From NCBI GenBank assembly GCA_964016885.1, contig OZ024740.1, forward strand, positions 166,842,001 through 166,906,000: DNA of 64,000 nt, given 5' to 3'. Positions 1 to 14,175 of the stretch are shown here, piece by piece. Position 1 is the stretch's first letter, and every line of letters begins with the position of its first letter. The stretch is from Eledone cirrhosa (Eukaryota). A program made the position numbers and the translations under genes. The notes beneath the pieces were generated by a model. It did no database searches. It was given only the letters and a program-made list of their open reading frames with translations, and was not told where the DNA came from.

Positions 1-116
1 ATAAATATATATATATACATATATATATATATAAATATATATATATACATATATATATATAAATATATATATATACATATATATATATATAAATATATAT
101 ATATACATATATATAA

Positions 117-191
<75 letters not shown>

Positions 192-208
192 AATATATAT
201 ATATACAT

Positions 209-239
<31 letters not shown>

Positions 240-268
240 AATATATATACATATATATATATATATAC

Positions 269-315
<47 letters not shown>

Positions 316-316
316 A

Positions 317-347
<31 letters not shown>

Positions 348-348
348 A

Positions 349-399
<51 letters not shown>

Positions 400-400
400 T
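1..400. repeat. (TA)n microsatellite array with TACA/TAAA interruptions; one of dozens across the window
   Basis: Directly visible dinucleotide repeat. Similar arrays flank almost every element from 1 to 58 kb. Confidence 0.98.
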
Positions 401-402
401 GA

Positions 403-662
403 TATGTTGATTTAAAACTGCACTATCCACAAGTGTTTTTTAGCCTTCATATCATGTTCTCCTGTTTTATCTGATGAAAACACAAATAGTATTGCATGAT
501 GATGTTTGTTTTTGAAATGCGCATAATAAAATAATGGAACTCCTTTAACCATCTTTTGATCAGATATATTTTGTATACTCCATTCCTACGAACTGTAGAG
601 TGCTTCTTATCCGATATCTGCATTGCTTTATTGTACTACAATAAAACTCACCTCCTACATTA

Positions 663-665
<3 letters not shown>
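403..665 (+). mobile_element. Solo PLE pLTR, same family as the 52.6-57.1 kb element
   Basis: Closely similar to 56868-57130, flanked by (TA)n, contains an HHR. Confidence 0.85.
463..533 (+). ncRNA. Type I hammerhead ribozyme (palindromic stem III UGCGCA, AUA triplet)
   Basis: UUUUAU-CUGAUGA-[AAACACAAAUA...UGUUUGUUUUU]-GAAA-UGCGCA-UA-AUAAAA; stem I UUUUAU/AUAAAA. Confidence 0.85.
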
Positions 666-725
<60 letters not shown>

Positions 726-917
726 GAATTATGTATATGAATTATATATATACATATATATATATATATGTATATGAATTATATATATACATATATATAT
801 ATATGTATATGAATTATGTATATACATATATATATATGTATATGATTTATATATATACATATATATATATGTATATGATTTATATATATACATATATATA
901 TATATATGTATATGAAT

Positions 918-952
<35 letters not shown>

Positions 953-2067
953 GTATATGAATTATATATATACATATATATATATATGTATATGGATTAT
1001 ATATATACATATATATATATGTGTGTGTGTGTGCGTGTGTGTGTATGTATGTGTGTGTGTGTGTGTGTAAATTAAATGTGTATATGTGTGTGAGTGCGTT
1101 GAGTGTCTGCAATGTCTTCATTGTTTTGTAAAAAAAAAGAAGCTAGAATTGTCATTGATCAATGCAAAATGAGTTCAGTAAAATATGTTTCTGTGTAAAT
1201 AATATAACAAAAAAAACAAAAACAAAAACTGTTATTTGTGTTTATTTTATTCCAATAATCAAGACAAAAGAAATAATTTCACTTGGAATTATTATCCATT
1301 TATAAAATTTCCCAATGCTTTTTCACTGTCAGTGTGTGATTGTTCCCATGTAGTTTGCCATATACTATTGGAGATATGTGGTTTTCTCTCCTCTCTCTAT
1401 CTAAGTTTAATTATACACACATACACACAGAGCCCGGGAGCGGATGAAATATATACCCGCATAAACATATGCATTTATAGCATGTAAGCAAACAGCTATT
1501 CATGTATGATCGCGTCCGTTCAAGTTTGACTGTATTTTTCTATGTATGCATGTTTGTATATATTTTACATGTATGTATTTATATATGTATGTATTTATAT
1601 ATATGTATGTATTTATATATGTGTGTGTGTGTATATGTATGTATGCATGTATGTATGTGTGTCTGTATGTATCTAAGTAGTTTGGAAGATAGGGTAGATA
1701 GGTAGGTGAGAAGGTGTGCAGGTCGTGATGAAGGCATGTTATTTCAGACGATATAGAATCTAGGGAGTCTCTCACAATAATGTGATCAACCCTTTAAATA
1801 TTCATTATTAAACTATCATCATAATTGAATGTGCCCCATCGAGCACAAAAAATTGAGATTAACGTATCAATCCATGTAGTGTTACGAAAGATATGGCCGA
1901 CGACGAAATTCCAGTGACAATAGTCCTAGTAAACTAATCGTGACAAAAAGATTTATGACATCGTTTGGATACTGACTAAAAACGTCTCTATGCAGATTTG
2001 TATACACCTGTTATTACACTCTATCGCTCTATCCGGATATATATATATATATATATGTATATATATG

Positions 2068-2230
2068 TTATTCCGGGTTGAATCGGAGGTAACCACAGTA
2101 AGTAAGGTACTCAATACATAGCAGAGTAAAAGGTTTTAAATAGATGAGATTCTACAGGACTAGAACTGTTTCATTCCTGATGATTACTAAAGAATGAAAC
2201 ATTTCTAGTCCTGTAGAATATTCATCTATA
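2068..2230. mobile_element. Head-to-head pLTR mini-element with an HHR at 2173-2219 (+)
   Basis: Same family as 24232-24416. AUUC-CUGAUGA-UUACUAAAGAAU-GAAA-CAUUUCUAGUCCUG-UA-GAAU. Confidence 0.75.
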
Positions 2231-2244
2231 TATGTATATATATA

Positions 2245-2740
2245 TCGAAAAACGTTACACAAGAAGGAAACGAAGGAAAACGGGAAGACGATAAATATGT
2301 CTTCCTGCTAGATACGGGTATGTTCTTTGTAGAAATATTCAGGTGTTGATTCTGCATGTTGAATATAAGTCAATAGAGTGTTCAACCGAGGGAGCCAAAT
2401 AGTCATAATATTAAATGTGAAGACTAAAATCCAAAGAGGGCTCGATAAGGATAAATATATATCAAATATATAAGAAGTCTAGAACAAATATTTATAAAAA
2501 CAACAGATTAAAGTTTAAACAAAGAATCGCTTCTTTCCCCCCTAACGGGATCTCCTGAAACTAAAAAATCAATCTGTGAACGCAGAAGTAAATATTTCGA
2601 AAAACGTTGCAACAAAAAAAAGACAGGATGACGATAAATATGTCTTCCTACTAGGTACGGGAATGTTCTTTGTAGAAATATTCAGGTGTTGTTTCTGCAT
2701 GTAGAATATAAGTCAGTCGAGTGCTCAACCGAGGGAGCCA
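2245..2740 (-). mobile_element. Partial-tandem pLTR-type repeat with a variant HHR at 2512-2562 (-)
   Basis: 2245-2397 is directly repeated at 2597-2740. 2415-2600 matches 22973-23160. Confidence 0.7.
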
Positions 2741-3179
2741 GGAAGAAAAATAATCACCAAGGTTCAATACATAAATACATTATTTAATTTTTACATTAAA
2801 ATGGTTCATTTAAAATACAAAAGGAGATAGCATGTAAGTCCATTGTAGAGAAATCGTTAGAATCACTAAATAAGATAAAATAATATTTATTTCCCGACCA
2901 CATGTTCACTGAGTATTCAATTGTAACTCTCGTTAAAGTGAGAGAAGGTCAATGTGCACTAAAATCATCGTTGCTTAAGGAATTCAAAACAAACGAAACA
3001 TTCTCCTAAAATTAAAATTCTTGTTGTTGAGGGCAGGACTGGTAGCAGAGCATTAACATTTAAAATTAGGAAAACTCAAGGTTAACAACTTAAATCCATT
3101 CTTTAATGCCTATGTACGTGTCTATACAGGTGATAATAGTACATTAATAGGTAAACAATAAGCAAGGTAATCTAAAACA

Positions 3180-3545
3180 GTTGATTAAAGATTATTTACA
3201 GAAGACAAAATACATATAGCACCTGATTAACATCAGTAATTGCAATAAAGGTATAATGTTTAACCAAATCCCAATAATGAGAATTGACACTATATCAGAT
3301 GTTGGATGTGGGGCAAGCATTTCACGAAGACCGTATATGCAATGGGTTTAACGTGCACAATTGTAGGAGGTTATGTTTATAGCCTGAGGCACGTTAAAAC
3401 AATTGCATGTACGGTCTTCGTTAAATACTTGCCAGACGTCTAACATCTGATATAGTGCCTATTGTTATTACTTTTATTGTAAACTCTGATGATATGCGGG
3501 TGTTATATGTATATTTTATTTCGTAGATAATTGCTAATTAACTAT
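3180..3545. mobile_element. Degenerate fold-back / MITE-like element
   Basis: Imperfect inverted arms of about 170 bp, e.g. cactatatcagatgttgga / tctaacatctgatatagtg and gaagaccgtatatgcaat / attgcatgtacggtcttc. Confidence 0.6.
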
Positions 3546-3639
3546 TTCAAGTAGAGAAAAAAGTGTGTTATCGAGTTTTTAAAAATTAAGCATAAATAAT
3601 ACCGAAATTATATTAAAGCTCCATTTAGGGTTGCATTTA

Positions 3640-3770
3640 TATGATGATGACGATGGCTGTGATGCTGCTGATGATGATGGTGATGGTGATGATGATGATG
3701 ATAATGCCGAGTTAGAGCAGATGATAATGATGATGAGAATGACAAGGAGGAATTATTTAATGATAATGAT
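3640..3770. repeat. (GAT)n trinucleotide microsatellite
   Basis: Visible imperfect GAT repeat. Confidence 0.9.
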
Positions 3771-6591
3771 TATTTATATTTCGCTGGCATTCAATAAATG
3801 AAATTTCGTGTCGTGAAGATTTGATTGAAATGTTAACTTAAATATGAAAATATTTCGTACAGGAGGTCCAAAAATGTTTGAAGTTAAAATGGTTAAACAT
3901 TCGTCAAAACAAATATAATTCTAATCTGCTGGCGTAGGTCATGCTACATCAGTGCTATGATCGGCGTGGAAGATAGGTGTCAAAGTCGCTGGCACCTATT
4001 AGAGGATGTTTTGGGACATTTGACACGAGATGTAAAAGAACTGTGATTCCATTGGTGTGTTTTTGTTGTATTGTGACAGGCAAGGATTTCCCTTTCAGTT
4101 TTCTTCCAGCTCTGTTTTACCACCTTCCACCACCATCTATTTTGTCTTAAATTGGCTGAGCGTGAAAAAATGTCAGAATTCCCTCTTTCAGAATTGACAT
4201 TAGTTTTGGTAAAGAAATATTTTGATAAACTTTTCTCTTTAGATATCTAAAAATAAAGAAAAAAATAGAAAATATAAACCTTCGTCAAAAGTTTTCTTGC
4301 TTTGTTTTTCTCACTGACGTTTACGCTATTCACGCACGGAAATATATCATACAGACAGAATGATACATTTATGTGTGTATCTATGTATGTGTGAGTGAGG
4401 GAGAAAAAAATAAAGGGCATGAAAATTGAAACAGGCAAACGTTAGATGCTTTACTAATGGAAAAACCTTTCTATACACTGTGTGTATAGGCGCAACAAGC
4501 ATACACATATACATATGTATGTATTTATTACCCTATGTATATGTATGTCTTTAGATGCACATTTGAGTGTATGTATGTACGACTATATAATCAATATTTT
4601 GTTCGTTTACGCGTCTGTTCTCTGTATCTTTAGCAGTGCGTACATATACACATTGCTACAAAACACACATACACACACATACACACACACACACACTTAC
4701 GTGCGTTCACAGATACACAGAATGCCATACGAATAGTTTATATATTATAATTATGTATTAAAGTTCATCGATATCTAACACTTTATCTCTTGCATTCATT
4801 TTTTTCTAATTTCTTACTCTTCACAACAAATATCAAAATCAGTTGATCTTGTCTATATTAAAGTATTCTCTCTAGACCTATCATTTGACCTACTTCATTC
4901 TAAATCATTCCATACACACATATATATATATAAGTTCATATCTGATGCTAAGCATTTCAAACACTTCAACAACTACCGTCGTTTTTTTTTTAGAAATATT
5001 ATTAATATCTGCTATTCCATAATTTATATAAGTTAGTTAAGAATTTTAAAAATTCGAGACGTTCACATTAGTGGGGCTTAATGTTTTCAGATTTAGTTGA
5101 AAACTTCTTTATTAATTTAATGTTAAGAAAAATCTATGTGATGTGCGTTTAAGTATTTCGTTTCTGTGTTTGGCTTATCGTTTAGCTAAAACACACGTCA
5201 GCAAGAGCTTTGTGGAAACATTGGCTGTTTAAAAAAATGCGGAAAGACATTGTGGAGGGGGGGGGGGATTACACCTGTTCATGGATTGCAGAAATAATCG
5301 GTCGACTTGTTTCACACCTCCGATATTTTGATGACATTAGTGGACAACATTTTGATATAAACTTATGGACCATATATTTGATCGGATAATATATTCTATC
5401 CTTCGTCGAACTAGTTTCGGAAACTAGGAAAGCGGGCTCTCCTGTCGGTTACTTTTGCTATTTTATTCCATATCACATTCAAATTATTACCATTTCTACA
5501 CACAAACAGATTCGAATATCACTTCCGATCACGATGTTAATCTACTTTGTTGAGAGGATGATTCTGTTGAGAGACAATTTCATTTCGGCTAGATAAATAT
5601 TTCTTTACGCACATATGCACACATACACGCTCGCGTCTAAGCATAAACATACGAGTAAACATACACACTATACACACGCATATACACATAATGGTGATTC
5701 GTCTGCAACCTTAAGAATAAAAGCATAGTAATTAAAAGTTATGATTAACGCATTAATTAGATATGGTTTTATATTGTATATATGATTCTAGACATTTATT
5801 CATAATTGTAATGTCCATGTTTCTCATGAAAATATTTTCTCATAAAATTTAGTATTTTATACTTAAATATCTATCGGTGCAATTAAAATCTTACTCATCT
5901 CTCTGATATTGATTGACATAGCAAAGCCAATGTGTTTAGCTCTCAGCGAAACAAATAAAAAACAACTTTAAAATAATACAAAATTTGAAGGGAACGATGA
6001 ATATAAATCGAGGCATCGATTTCAATGTATCAACATTAATTGTGGCATGACGAAACGAAAATAACACTTTCTACAACGCTGGCCGACAGAAAATATTTGT
6101 TATCTAATTGGCTGTATTTATCAAGTTCTTTCTCTTATAGTACATGACCCTCTACATCTGCCTTCGCTTAAGTTGGCAGACTGTTTTTTAAGAAATATTT
6201 TGCCAGTATTTTCAGCATCCAGCATGATCATTTAGAGGATGCTTTGTTAAGTCAATTATTGAACTTCGTAATATATATTCTTCTTGTGTTGAGAATTGGT
6301 AAAATGAAGGAGCTCATGTATCAGATTAGTGATGTCTTATTACACTCAATAGTTTCCGTCTACCACAATCTAGTCACAAGACATTGTTGAATACAAGGCT
6401 ATAAAAGAAGATACGGGACAGATGTACCACACAGCTGGACTGAAACTAGAGCTATATGGTTGCGAAGTGAAATATTTAAAAGCACTCATACCTACGCTTT
6501 CACACAAACACATCTACACATACGTGCATAAGTATACAAACACACACGCACGCACAAACGCACACACATACACATACACACGCACACACCG

Positions 6592-6673
<82 letters not shown>

Positions 6674-6681
6674 ATATATAT

Positions 6682-6850
6682 AGGTAAAAGGAAAAGAAAA
6701 TGCTGACAAATTGTTCCCAGTGAAAAATAGTTTAATTAGGAATAAGTAAAAATTACTAATAAGTATTGGTTAGTATTCAGTTTTGAATTAGTATTCAGTT
6801 AGTATTCAATTTTGAGTTAGTATTCAGCATTTTCTTTTCCTTTTACCAAT
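6682..6850. mobile_element. Mini fold-back derived from the 3' end of the Neptune-like PLE at 26.2-30.8 kb
   Basis: 6682-6783 is the reverse complement of about 30665-30770. Terminal inverted repeat ggtaaaaggaaaagaaaatgctga / tcagcattttcttttccttttacc. Confidence 0.75.
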
Positions 6851-7901
6851 ATATCACAACTCGTGTGTTACACCTCTATTCTTTTAAAAAAAATAAATAT
6901 ATATATATATATATATAAACATTGAGTAAGTCACAGCTGCAGTGGTACGGATTCTCTCTAACTAGCACCGTGAGCCAATATTTATTTCATGTCATAGGCG
7001 ATGGACTTAATTTCGCGTGTAAAGTAAATGTTTTTTATTTTATTTTTATTTTCTTTCGATTCGTGTATTTATTTGCAATTCTGTTTTGTTCTTTACATAA
7101 TTGGCTTGTATTCAGTTTTTGAATTCCACATCAACATGTTCCCTACAGTGGACAGGTTTTAACCGACCTAAGTTCGGGCGAGGTCACCTGTCACTATAAA
7201 TCTGAAATTGCCACACATAGTGATGTCAGGTACTTGACATGTATGAGTCGGCTAGACAAACCTTTCCGTTGGGGGTGGCTGATAACCCACTGAAGATATG
7301 ATGCAATGTAAATATATGTAATGTGGGTAGATTTTTACTAAACTACTCCGAATAAAAGTTGCAGTTGCAACTTTTACGAGTAAACTCTAGTAAAAAAAAA
7401 ATTGAGAATCCCGGTTCATACCATATACAAATATCCTTACGCACACGGAAACATTTACTTACTAATAACGAAATTGTGTTTTTTTTATTTCCAACGTACA
7501 AATGATTGAGTCAGTAAGTGATGGCTGGATGATGTACGGTTTCTCTTCGACTAGCTTCTTAAACCAAGATCATGGTAGATAGATTTTACCAAATCATTGG
7601 TTCTAATTAATACCTTTGAAGATATAACGCATTCACCGAAACTTAGGAATCTTGTTCGCCTATTTATTTCATTCCATTGTATTTGCATTAGTATGGTTTC
7701 ATTGCTGTATTGAAACAATTGTGAGGTAATTGATTTAAGACATCTATTCGTTCAACTGAATATATATATATATATATATATATACATACAGGTTTGCTCA
7801 GTTGTAATTATAATCGCTATATTTGTGTTATTGCAACTCTCTATTGGTATATTATACATCATAAATTTCTACCATATTTCTTTATATACACCATATATAT
7901 G

Positions 7902-7968
<67 letters not shown>

Positions 7969-8166
7969 ATAGAGTGAGAGAGAGTGTGTGTGTGCGCGTG
8001 TGTGAATGTACATTAAATATGTTGCCTTCTATACAGAAACGTATCTCCCATTATTTTGTATTGGATTTTCCTAGAATCGGGTTATTCGTTCAATATTCTT
8101 ATGAAGATATGCATTAATCAATGTACTTGGTGTGTTTAATGAAGATATACATACACACACACACAT

Positions 8167-8256
<90 letters not shown>

Positions 8257-8257
8257 T

Positions 8258-8291
<34 letters not shown>

Positions 8292-8296
8292 TATTT

Positions 8297-8383
<87 letters not shown>

Positions 8384-8387
8384 CTTT

Positions 8388-8433
<46 letters not shown>

Positions 8434-8483
8434 TAATGAAATGACAGGAGGCTGGATTTGTGTAAATCCTTGAAAGGTTTATT

Positions 8484-8541
8484 ATACTATGATCATTTCA
8501 ATGACCGGCTTCCGTATGAATCCGGTGACATCATCAGGTAT
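8484..8541 (-). ncRNA. Type I hammerhead ribozyme (palindromic UGAUCA)
   Basis: Reverse complement reads AUAC-CUGAUGA-UGUCACCGG..CCGGUCAUU-GAAA-UGAUCA-UA-GUAU. Confidence 0.8.
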
Positions 8542-8929
8542 TCGAAATATAATACGTGAATGTAATAGATAAAATCCATGGCGCTGAAAATCGACGACCC
8601 GAGGGCGACCGCTATTCTGTTCCTTCAACCTCAGCCGGTCGCCCCGGAGTGACGTGGCTAAAGTTTATAGTATGCTACTACCGGTCAGATAAACGAAAAC
8701 AGAAAGGGATGGGAACATAAGTTAACGACAATCTCATGACACAAGGTAAAAGAAAGACAGAAAGGAAGGAGAGAGAAGAAGGGGGAAGAAAGAAGAGAAG
8801 CCAGGGTTAGTGTCAGCTAAAAGAAGAAAGGCAACTACTACCGGTCAGATATAGGCAAGCAGGAGGAGGAAGGAAGATAAGTCTGGGGGAGGAAGACAGG
8901 AAGAGGGGAGAAGAGAAGGAAGAGAAGAG

Positions 8930-10790
8930 AGAAGTAGATAAGTAAGGGTTGATGGCTACAAGAAGGAAGATAGATAGAAAGAGGAAGAAAGGTCGATATT
9001 AATGTCAGACCACATTCAGGCCAGGAGTGGCACGAGAAGATTTTCACAGAGACCCGCATCATAGCAGAGGTGAATATATTGGGAGTCAGTGTGTTACAGT
9101 GTTTACACTTCTAGGATGAAGTTAAAAAGATTAATAATCAATATTCAATATTAAAGAGGCTAGAAAATTTAAAGTTCAACCGTTTAACTTTTATTATATA
9201 CTAGTTCCGATTTGTTCTGTAATTTAAAGGTACTATGTGGCGGTTAAAACACCGGCCGCGCCCCAGGCCCCATGGCGAATTAAGATACGCCAAGTATTTT
9301 CATTTACCGAAAGAAGGGGAAATTTATTTTTCCAAGCACTCCAGGTAAGCTCCTGCGCCAGAAAGCTGGTCGCGCCGCCATTAAAGCCCACCCAACAGTC
9401 CGACAGGGAGTTGGAACTTTAAAATGTTGCTTAGAGAAGTAGAAGCGTAATGGTTGATGGCTACAAGAAGGAAGATAGAAAGAGAGAGGAAGGAAGGTCG
9501 ATATTAATGTCACACCACAGTCGGGCCAGGAGTGGCGCGAGAAAATGTTCACAGGGACCCGCATCTTAGCAGAGGTGAATATATTGGGGGTCAGTGTGTT
9601 ACAATGTTTAGACTTATAGGATGAAGTTAAAACATTATTAATCAATATTCAATATTAAAGAGGTTAGAAAATTTAAAGTTTAACAGTTTAACACTTTCAG
9701 GTTGATATATCTAATAGTTCCGATTAGTTCTGTAATTTAAAAGGTACTATGTGGCGGTTAAAACACCGGCCGCGCCCCGGGCCCCATGGCGAATTGAGCA
9801 ACGCCGAGTATTTTCATTTACCGAAAGAAGGGGAAATTTATTTTTCCAAACACTCCAGGTCAGCTCGTGCGCCAGGGAGCTGGTCGCGCCGCCATTAAAA
9901 CCCACCCAACAGTCCGACAGAAAGTTGGAACCTTAAAATGTTGCTTAACTCTATCGGATGAAGTTGAAAGAATTCAGAATAACATTATAAAACTAAGGAG
10001 TAAGAAGATTGAGAATTGAACAAACAGAAAATTGAAGATTAAACATTCATATAACTTCTATGAGATCTTGGGTTGCGGGGTTTAATTAAATAGAGTCTTT
10101 TATGAAGAAACGTAGAAGAGTAATGGTTGATGGCTACAAAAAGGAAGAAAGAAAGAGAGAGGAAGGAAGGTCGACATTAATGTCACACAACAGTCGGGCC
10201 AGGAGTGGCGCGAGAAAATTTTCACAGGGACCCGCATCTTAGCAGAGGTGAATATATTGGGGGTCAGTGTGTTACAATGTTTAGACTTATAGGATGAAGT
10301 TAAAAAATTAATAATCAATATTCAATATTAAATAGGTTAGAAAATTTAAAGTTCAACAGTTTAACACTTTCAGGTTGATATATCTAATAGTTCCGATTTG
10401 TTCTGTAATTCAAAGGTACTATGTGGCGTTTAAAACACCGGCCGCGCCCCGGGCCCCATGGCGAATTAAGCCACGCCGAGTATTTTCATTTACCGAAAGA
10501 AGGGGAAATTTATTTTTCCAAGCACTCTAGGTCAGCTCGTGCACCATGGAGCTGGTCGCGCCGCCATTAAAACCCACCCAACAGTCCGACAGAAAGTTGG
10601 AATCTTAAAATGTTGCTTAACTCTATCCGATGAAGTTTAAAGAATTCAGAATAACATTATAAAACTAAGGAGTAAGAAGATTGAGAATTGAACAAACAGA
10701 AAATTGAAGATTAAACATTCAAATAACTTCTATGAGGTTTTGGGTTGCGGGGTTTAATTAAATAGAGTCTTTTATGAAGAAACGTTAATT
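8930..10790. repeat. Three tandem units of about 510-660 bp with a GC-rich core (left arm); two units on the right arm (12560-13730)
   Basis: gtggcggttaaaacaccggccgcgcccc recurs at about 9237, 9751 and 10422; its reverse complement ends at about 12917 and 13430. Confidence 0.9.
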
Positions 10791-11222
10791 GTATTATGTA
10801 GATCTGTAATTTATCCTAGAGTACGGGATATAGTCGTGTAATGTTTAATGTTTGTTCCCAGGAGGAGACATTCTAGTGTCGTGTGCTAATGGGTACAGGT
10901 CCCAATGTGAGGAGTAGAAATACATGGATACATAGAAGTGGAATACGTGGAAGAGCGCATTGGTACAGCAGAGGTATAAATATATAAACATATCAATATA
11001 TAGGTATAAATATGTAAATAAACCAACAAGAGTGGTGTTGGAGTAAGATGGAGAAATCAAGACATAGGAGAATTACAATATAGTTCAGGCTGCAGTATTT
11101 ATGTTCCGGGGGGGGGGGGCAATCCTGTGTCGTGTGCCAAGGGTGCACGCGAGTAAAAGTCCGAATAAGGGAAGTAAAAAGTACATGGATTTTATCTATT
11201 ACATTCACGTATTATATTTCGA

Positions 11223-11280
11223 ATACCGGATGATGTCAACGGATTCATACGGAACCCGGTCATTAAAATGATCATAGTAT
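11223..11280 (+). ncRNA. Inactivated hammerhead (CGGAUGA; GAAA changed to AAAA)
   Basis: Aligns to 14118-14175 with two substitutions in the catalytic core. Confidence 0.75.
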
Positions 11281-11771
11281 AATAAACCTTTCAAGGATTT
11301 ACACAAATCCAACCTCCTGTCATTTCATTATAATATTTAACTCCGTAATAGCACCACCAACTACAAAAACAAAGACGGTTGAACTGCCTTACTTTGCGTA
11401 CTCTCTATATTATTGCATTACGATTGACCATACGGAATAGACCAGCTCTATACAGTGGTGAACTTCAAACCTGAATAAATAATGCTCCTGAAATGTTGAG
11501 CACTTCAAAATGTAATAATGAACAGCGGCATGGGACTGAATATATCTAACCACAATTCGAACTATGGCTACCCGGTGTTTTCGCCTGGCCCATTGCTACT
11601 CCCCTCTCAGAATATTCGAACTTCGACGAAACTCCACGGATTAGACCATAACATGTATTGTACTGCACTGTATTAACTAAATGGCTACCCTATACTTCTG
11701 GGCATGTATAACTCACACTGAACTCCCAGACTCGAACACACACTGTTTCCACATCTATATGCATTATCTGA

Positions 11772-12480
11772 CTGCAACTTGAAATATATTGTATTTCTCC
11801 TGTGTCTTGAACTCTCCATTTCATAGACAACGACTCTTGTTTGTTTATTTATATCTTTACATCTTTATTTGCTGTATTAATGCCCCTCCACGTATTCTAC
11901 CTCTATACATCCATGTACTTTCTACTTCCCTTATTCGGACTTTTACTCGCGTGTACCCTTAGCACTCGTCACTGGAATATCTCCCCCTGGGAACATAAAT
12001 ACCGCAACCTGAACTATATTGTATTTCTCCTGTGTCTTGAACTCTACATTTACTAGACAACGACTATTGTTTGTTTATTTATATCTTCGCATCTTTATTT
12101 GCTGTATTAATGCCTTTCCACGTACTCTACCTCTATACATCCATGTACTTTTTACTTCCCTTATTCGGACTTTTACTCGCGTGACCCTTAGCACACGATA
12201 CAGGATTGCCCCCCTCCCCCCGGGAACATAAATACTGCAACCTGAACTATATTGTAATTCTCCTATGTCTTGATTTCTCCATCTTACTCCAACACCACCC
12301 TTGTTGGTTTATTTACATATTTATACCTATATATTGATATGTTTATATATTTATACCTCTGCTGTACCAATGGGCTCTTCTACGTATTCCACTTCTATGT
12401 ATCCATGTATTTCTACTCCTCACATTGGGACCTGTACCCATTAGCACACGACACTAGAATGTCTCCTCCTGAGAACAAAA
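11772..12480 (+). repeat. Three diverged tandem units of about 230 bp
   Basis: ctgcaacctgaactatattgta-like starts at about 11772, 12002 and 12235. Confidence 0.8.
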
Positions 12481-14117
12481 ATTAAACATTACACGACTAT
12501 ATCCCGTACTCTAGATCCCACTAGGATAAATTCCAGATCTACATAATACAATTAACGTTTCTTCATAAAATACTCTATTTAATTAAACCCCGCAACCCAA
12601 AACCTCATAGAAGTTATTTGAATGTTTAATCTTCAATTTTCTGTTTGTTCAATTCTCCATCTTCTTACTCCTTAGTTTTATAATGTTATTCTGAATTCTT
12701 TCAACTTCATCCGATAGAGTTAAGCAAAATGTTAAGGTTCCAACCTTCTGTCGGACTGTTGGGTGGGTTTTAATGGCGGCGCGACCAGCTCCCTGGCGCA
12801 CGAGCTGACCTGGTGTGCTTGGAAAAATAAATTTCCCCTTCTTTCGGTAAATGAAAATACTCGGCATGGCTCAATTCCCCATGGGGCCCGGGGCGCGGCC
12901 GGTGTTTTAACCGCCACATAGTACCTTTAAATTACAGAACAAATCGGAACTATTAGATATATCAACCTGAAAGTGTTAAACTGTTGAACTTTAAATTTTC
13001 TAACCTCTTTAATATAGAATATTGATTAATAATTTTTTAACTTCATCCTATAAGTCTAAACATTGTAACACACTGATCCCCAATATATTCACCTCTGCTA
13101 AGATGCGGGTCCCTGTGAACATTTTCTCGCGCCACTGCTGACCCGACTGTGGTGTGACATTAATATCGACCTTCCTTCCTCTCTCTTTCTATCTTCCTTC
13201 TTGTAGCCATCAACCATTACTCTTCTACTTCTCTAAGCAAAATGTTAAAGTTCCAACTTTCTGTCGGATTGTTGGGTGGGTTTTAATGGCGGCGCGACCC
13301 GCTTCCTGGCGCAGGAGCTTACCTAGAGTGCTTGGAAAAATAAATTTCCCCTTCTTTCGGTAAATGAAAATACTCGGCGTAGCTTAATTCGCCATGGGGC
13401 CCGGGGCGCGGCCGGTGTTTTAACCGCCACATAGTACCTTTAAATTACAGAAGAAATCGGAACTATTGTATAATAAAAGTTAAACGGTTGAACTTTAGAT
13501 TTTCTAACCTATTTAATATTGAATATTGATTATTAATTTTTTTAACTTCATCCTAGAAGTCTAAACACTGTATCACACTGACTCCCAATATATTCATCTC
13601 TGCTAAGATGCGGGTCCCTGTGAACATTTTCACGCGCCACTCCTGGCCTGACTGTGGTCTGACATTAATATCGACCTTTCTTCCTCTTTCTTTCTATCTT
13701 CCTTCTTGTAGCCATCAACCCTTACTTATCTACTTCTCTCTTCTCTTCCTTCTCTTCTCCCCTCTTCTTCTCTTCCTCCCGCAGGCTTATCTTCCTTCCC
13801 CCTCCTGCTTGCCGGTAGTAGTTGCCGTTCTTCTTTTAGCTGACATTAACCCTGGCTTCTCTCCTTCTTTCTTCCCCCTTCTTCTCTCTCCTTCCTTTCT
13901 GTCTTTATATTACCTTGTGTCATGAGATTGTTGTTAACTTATGTTCCCATCCCTTTCTGTTTTCGTTTATCTGACCGGTAGTAGCATATAATAAACTTTA
14001 GCCACGTCACTCCAGGGCGACCGGCTGAGGTTGAAGGAACAGAATAGCGGTCGCCCTCGGGTCGTCGATTTTCAGCGCCATGGATTTTATCTATTACATT
14101 CACGTATTATATTTCGA

Positions 14118-14175
14118 ATACCTGATGATGTCACCGGTTTCATACGGAATCCGGTCATTGAAATGATCATAGTAT
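14118..14175 (+). ncRNA. Type I hammerhead ribozyme, predicted cleavage after 14171 (AUA)
   Basis: AUAC-CUGAUGA-UGUCACCGGUUUCAUACGGAAUCCGGUCAUU-GAAA-UGAUCA-UA-GUAU. Confidence 0.8.

Noticed and set aside
9237-12917. Repeated 61-aa ORF MAVKTPAAP...
   Set aside because: It has a GTG start and no recognisable domain, is not listed as intact in the other repeat copies, and is antisense to the HHR-defined strand. The similarity reflects DNA repetition.
8930-13730. CRISPR-like array
   Set aside because: The units are hundreds of bp with no short repeat/unique spacer pattern, the context is eukaryotic, and there are no cas genes.
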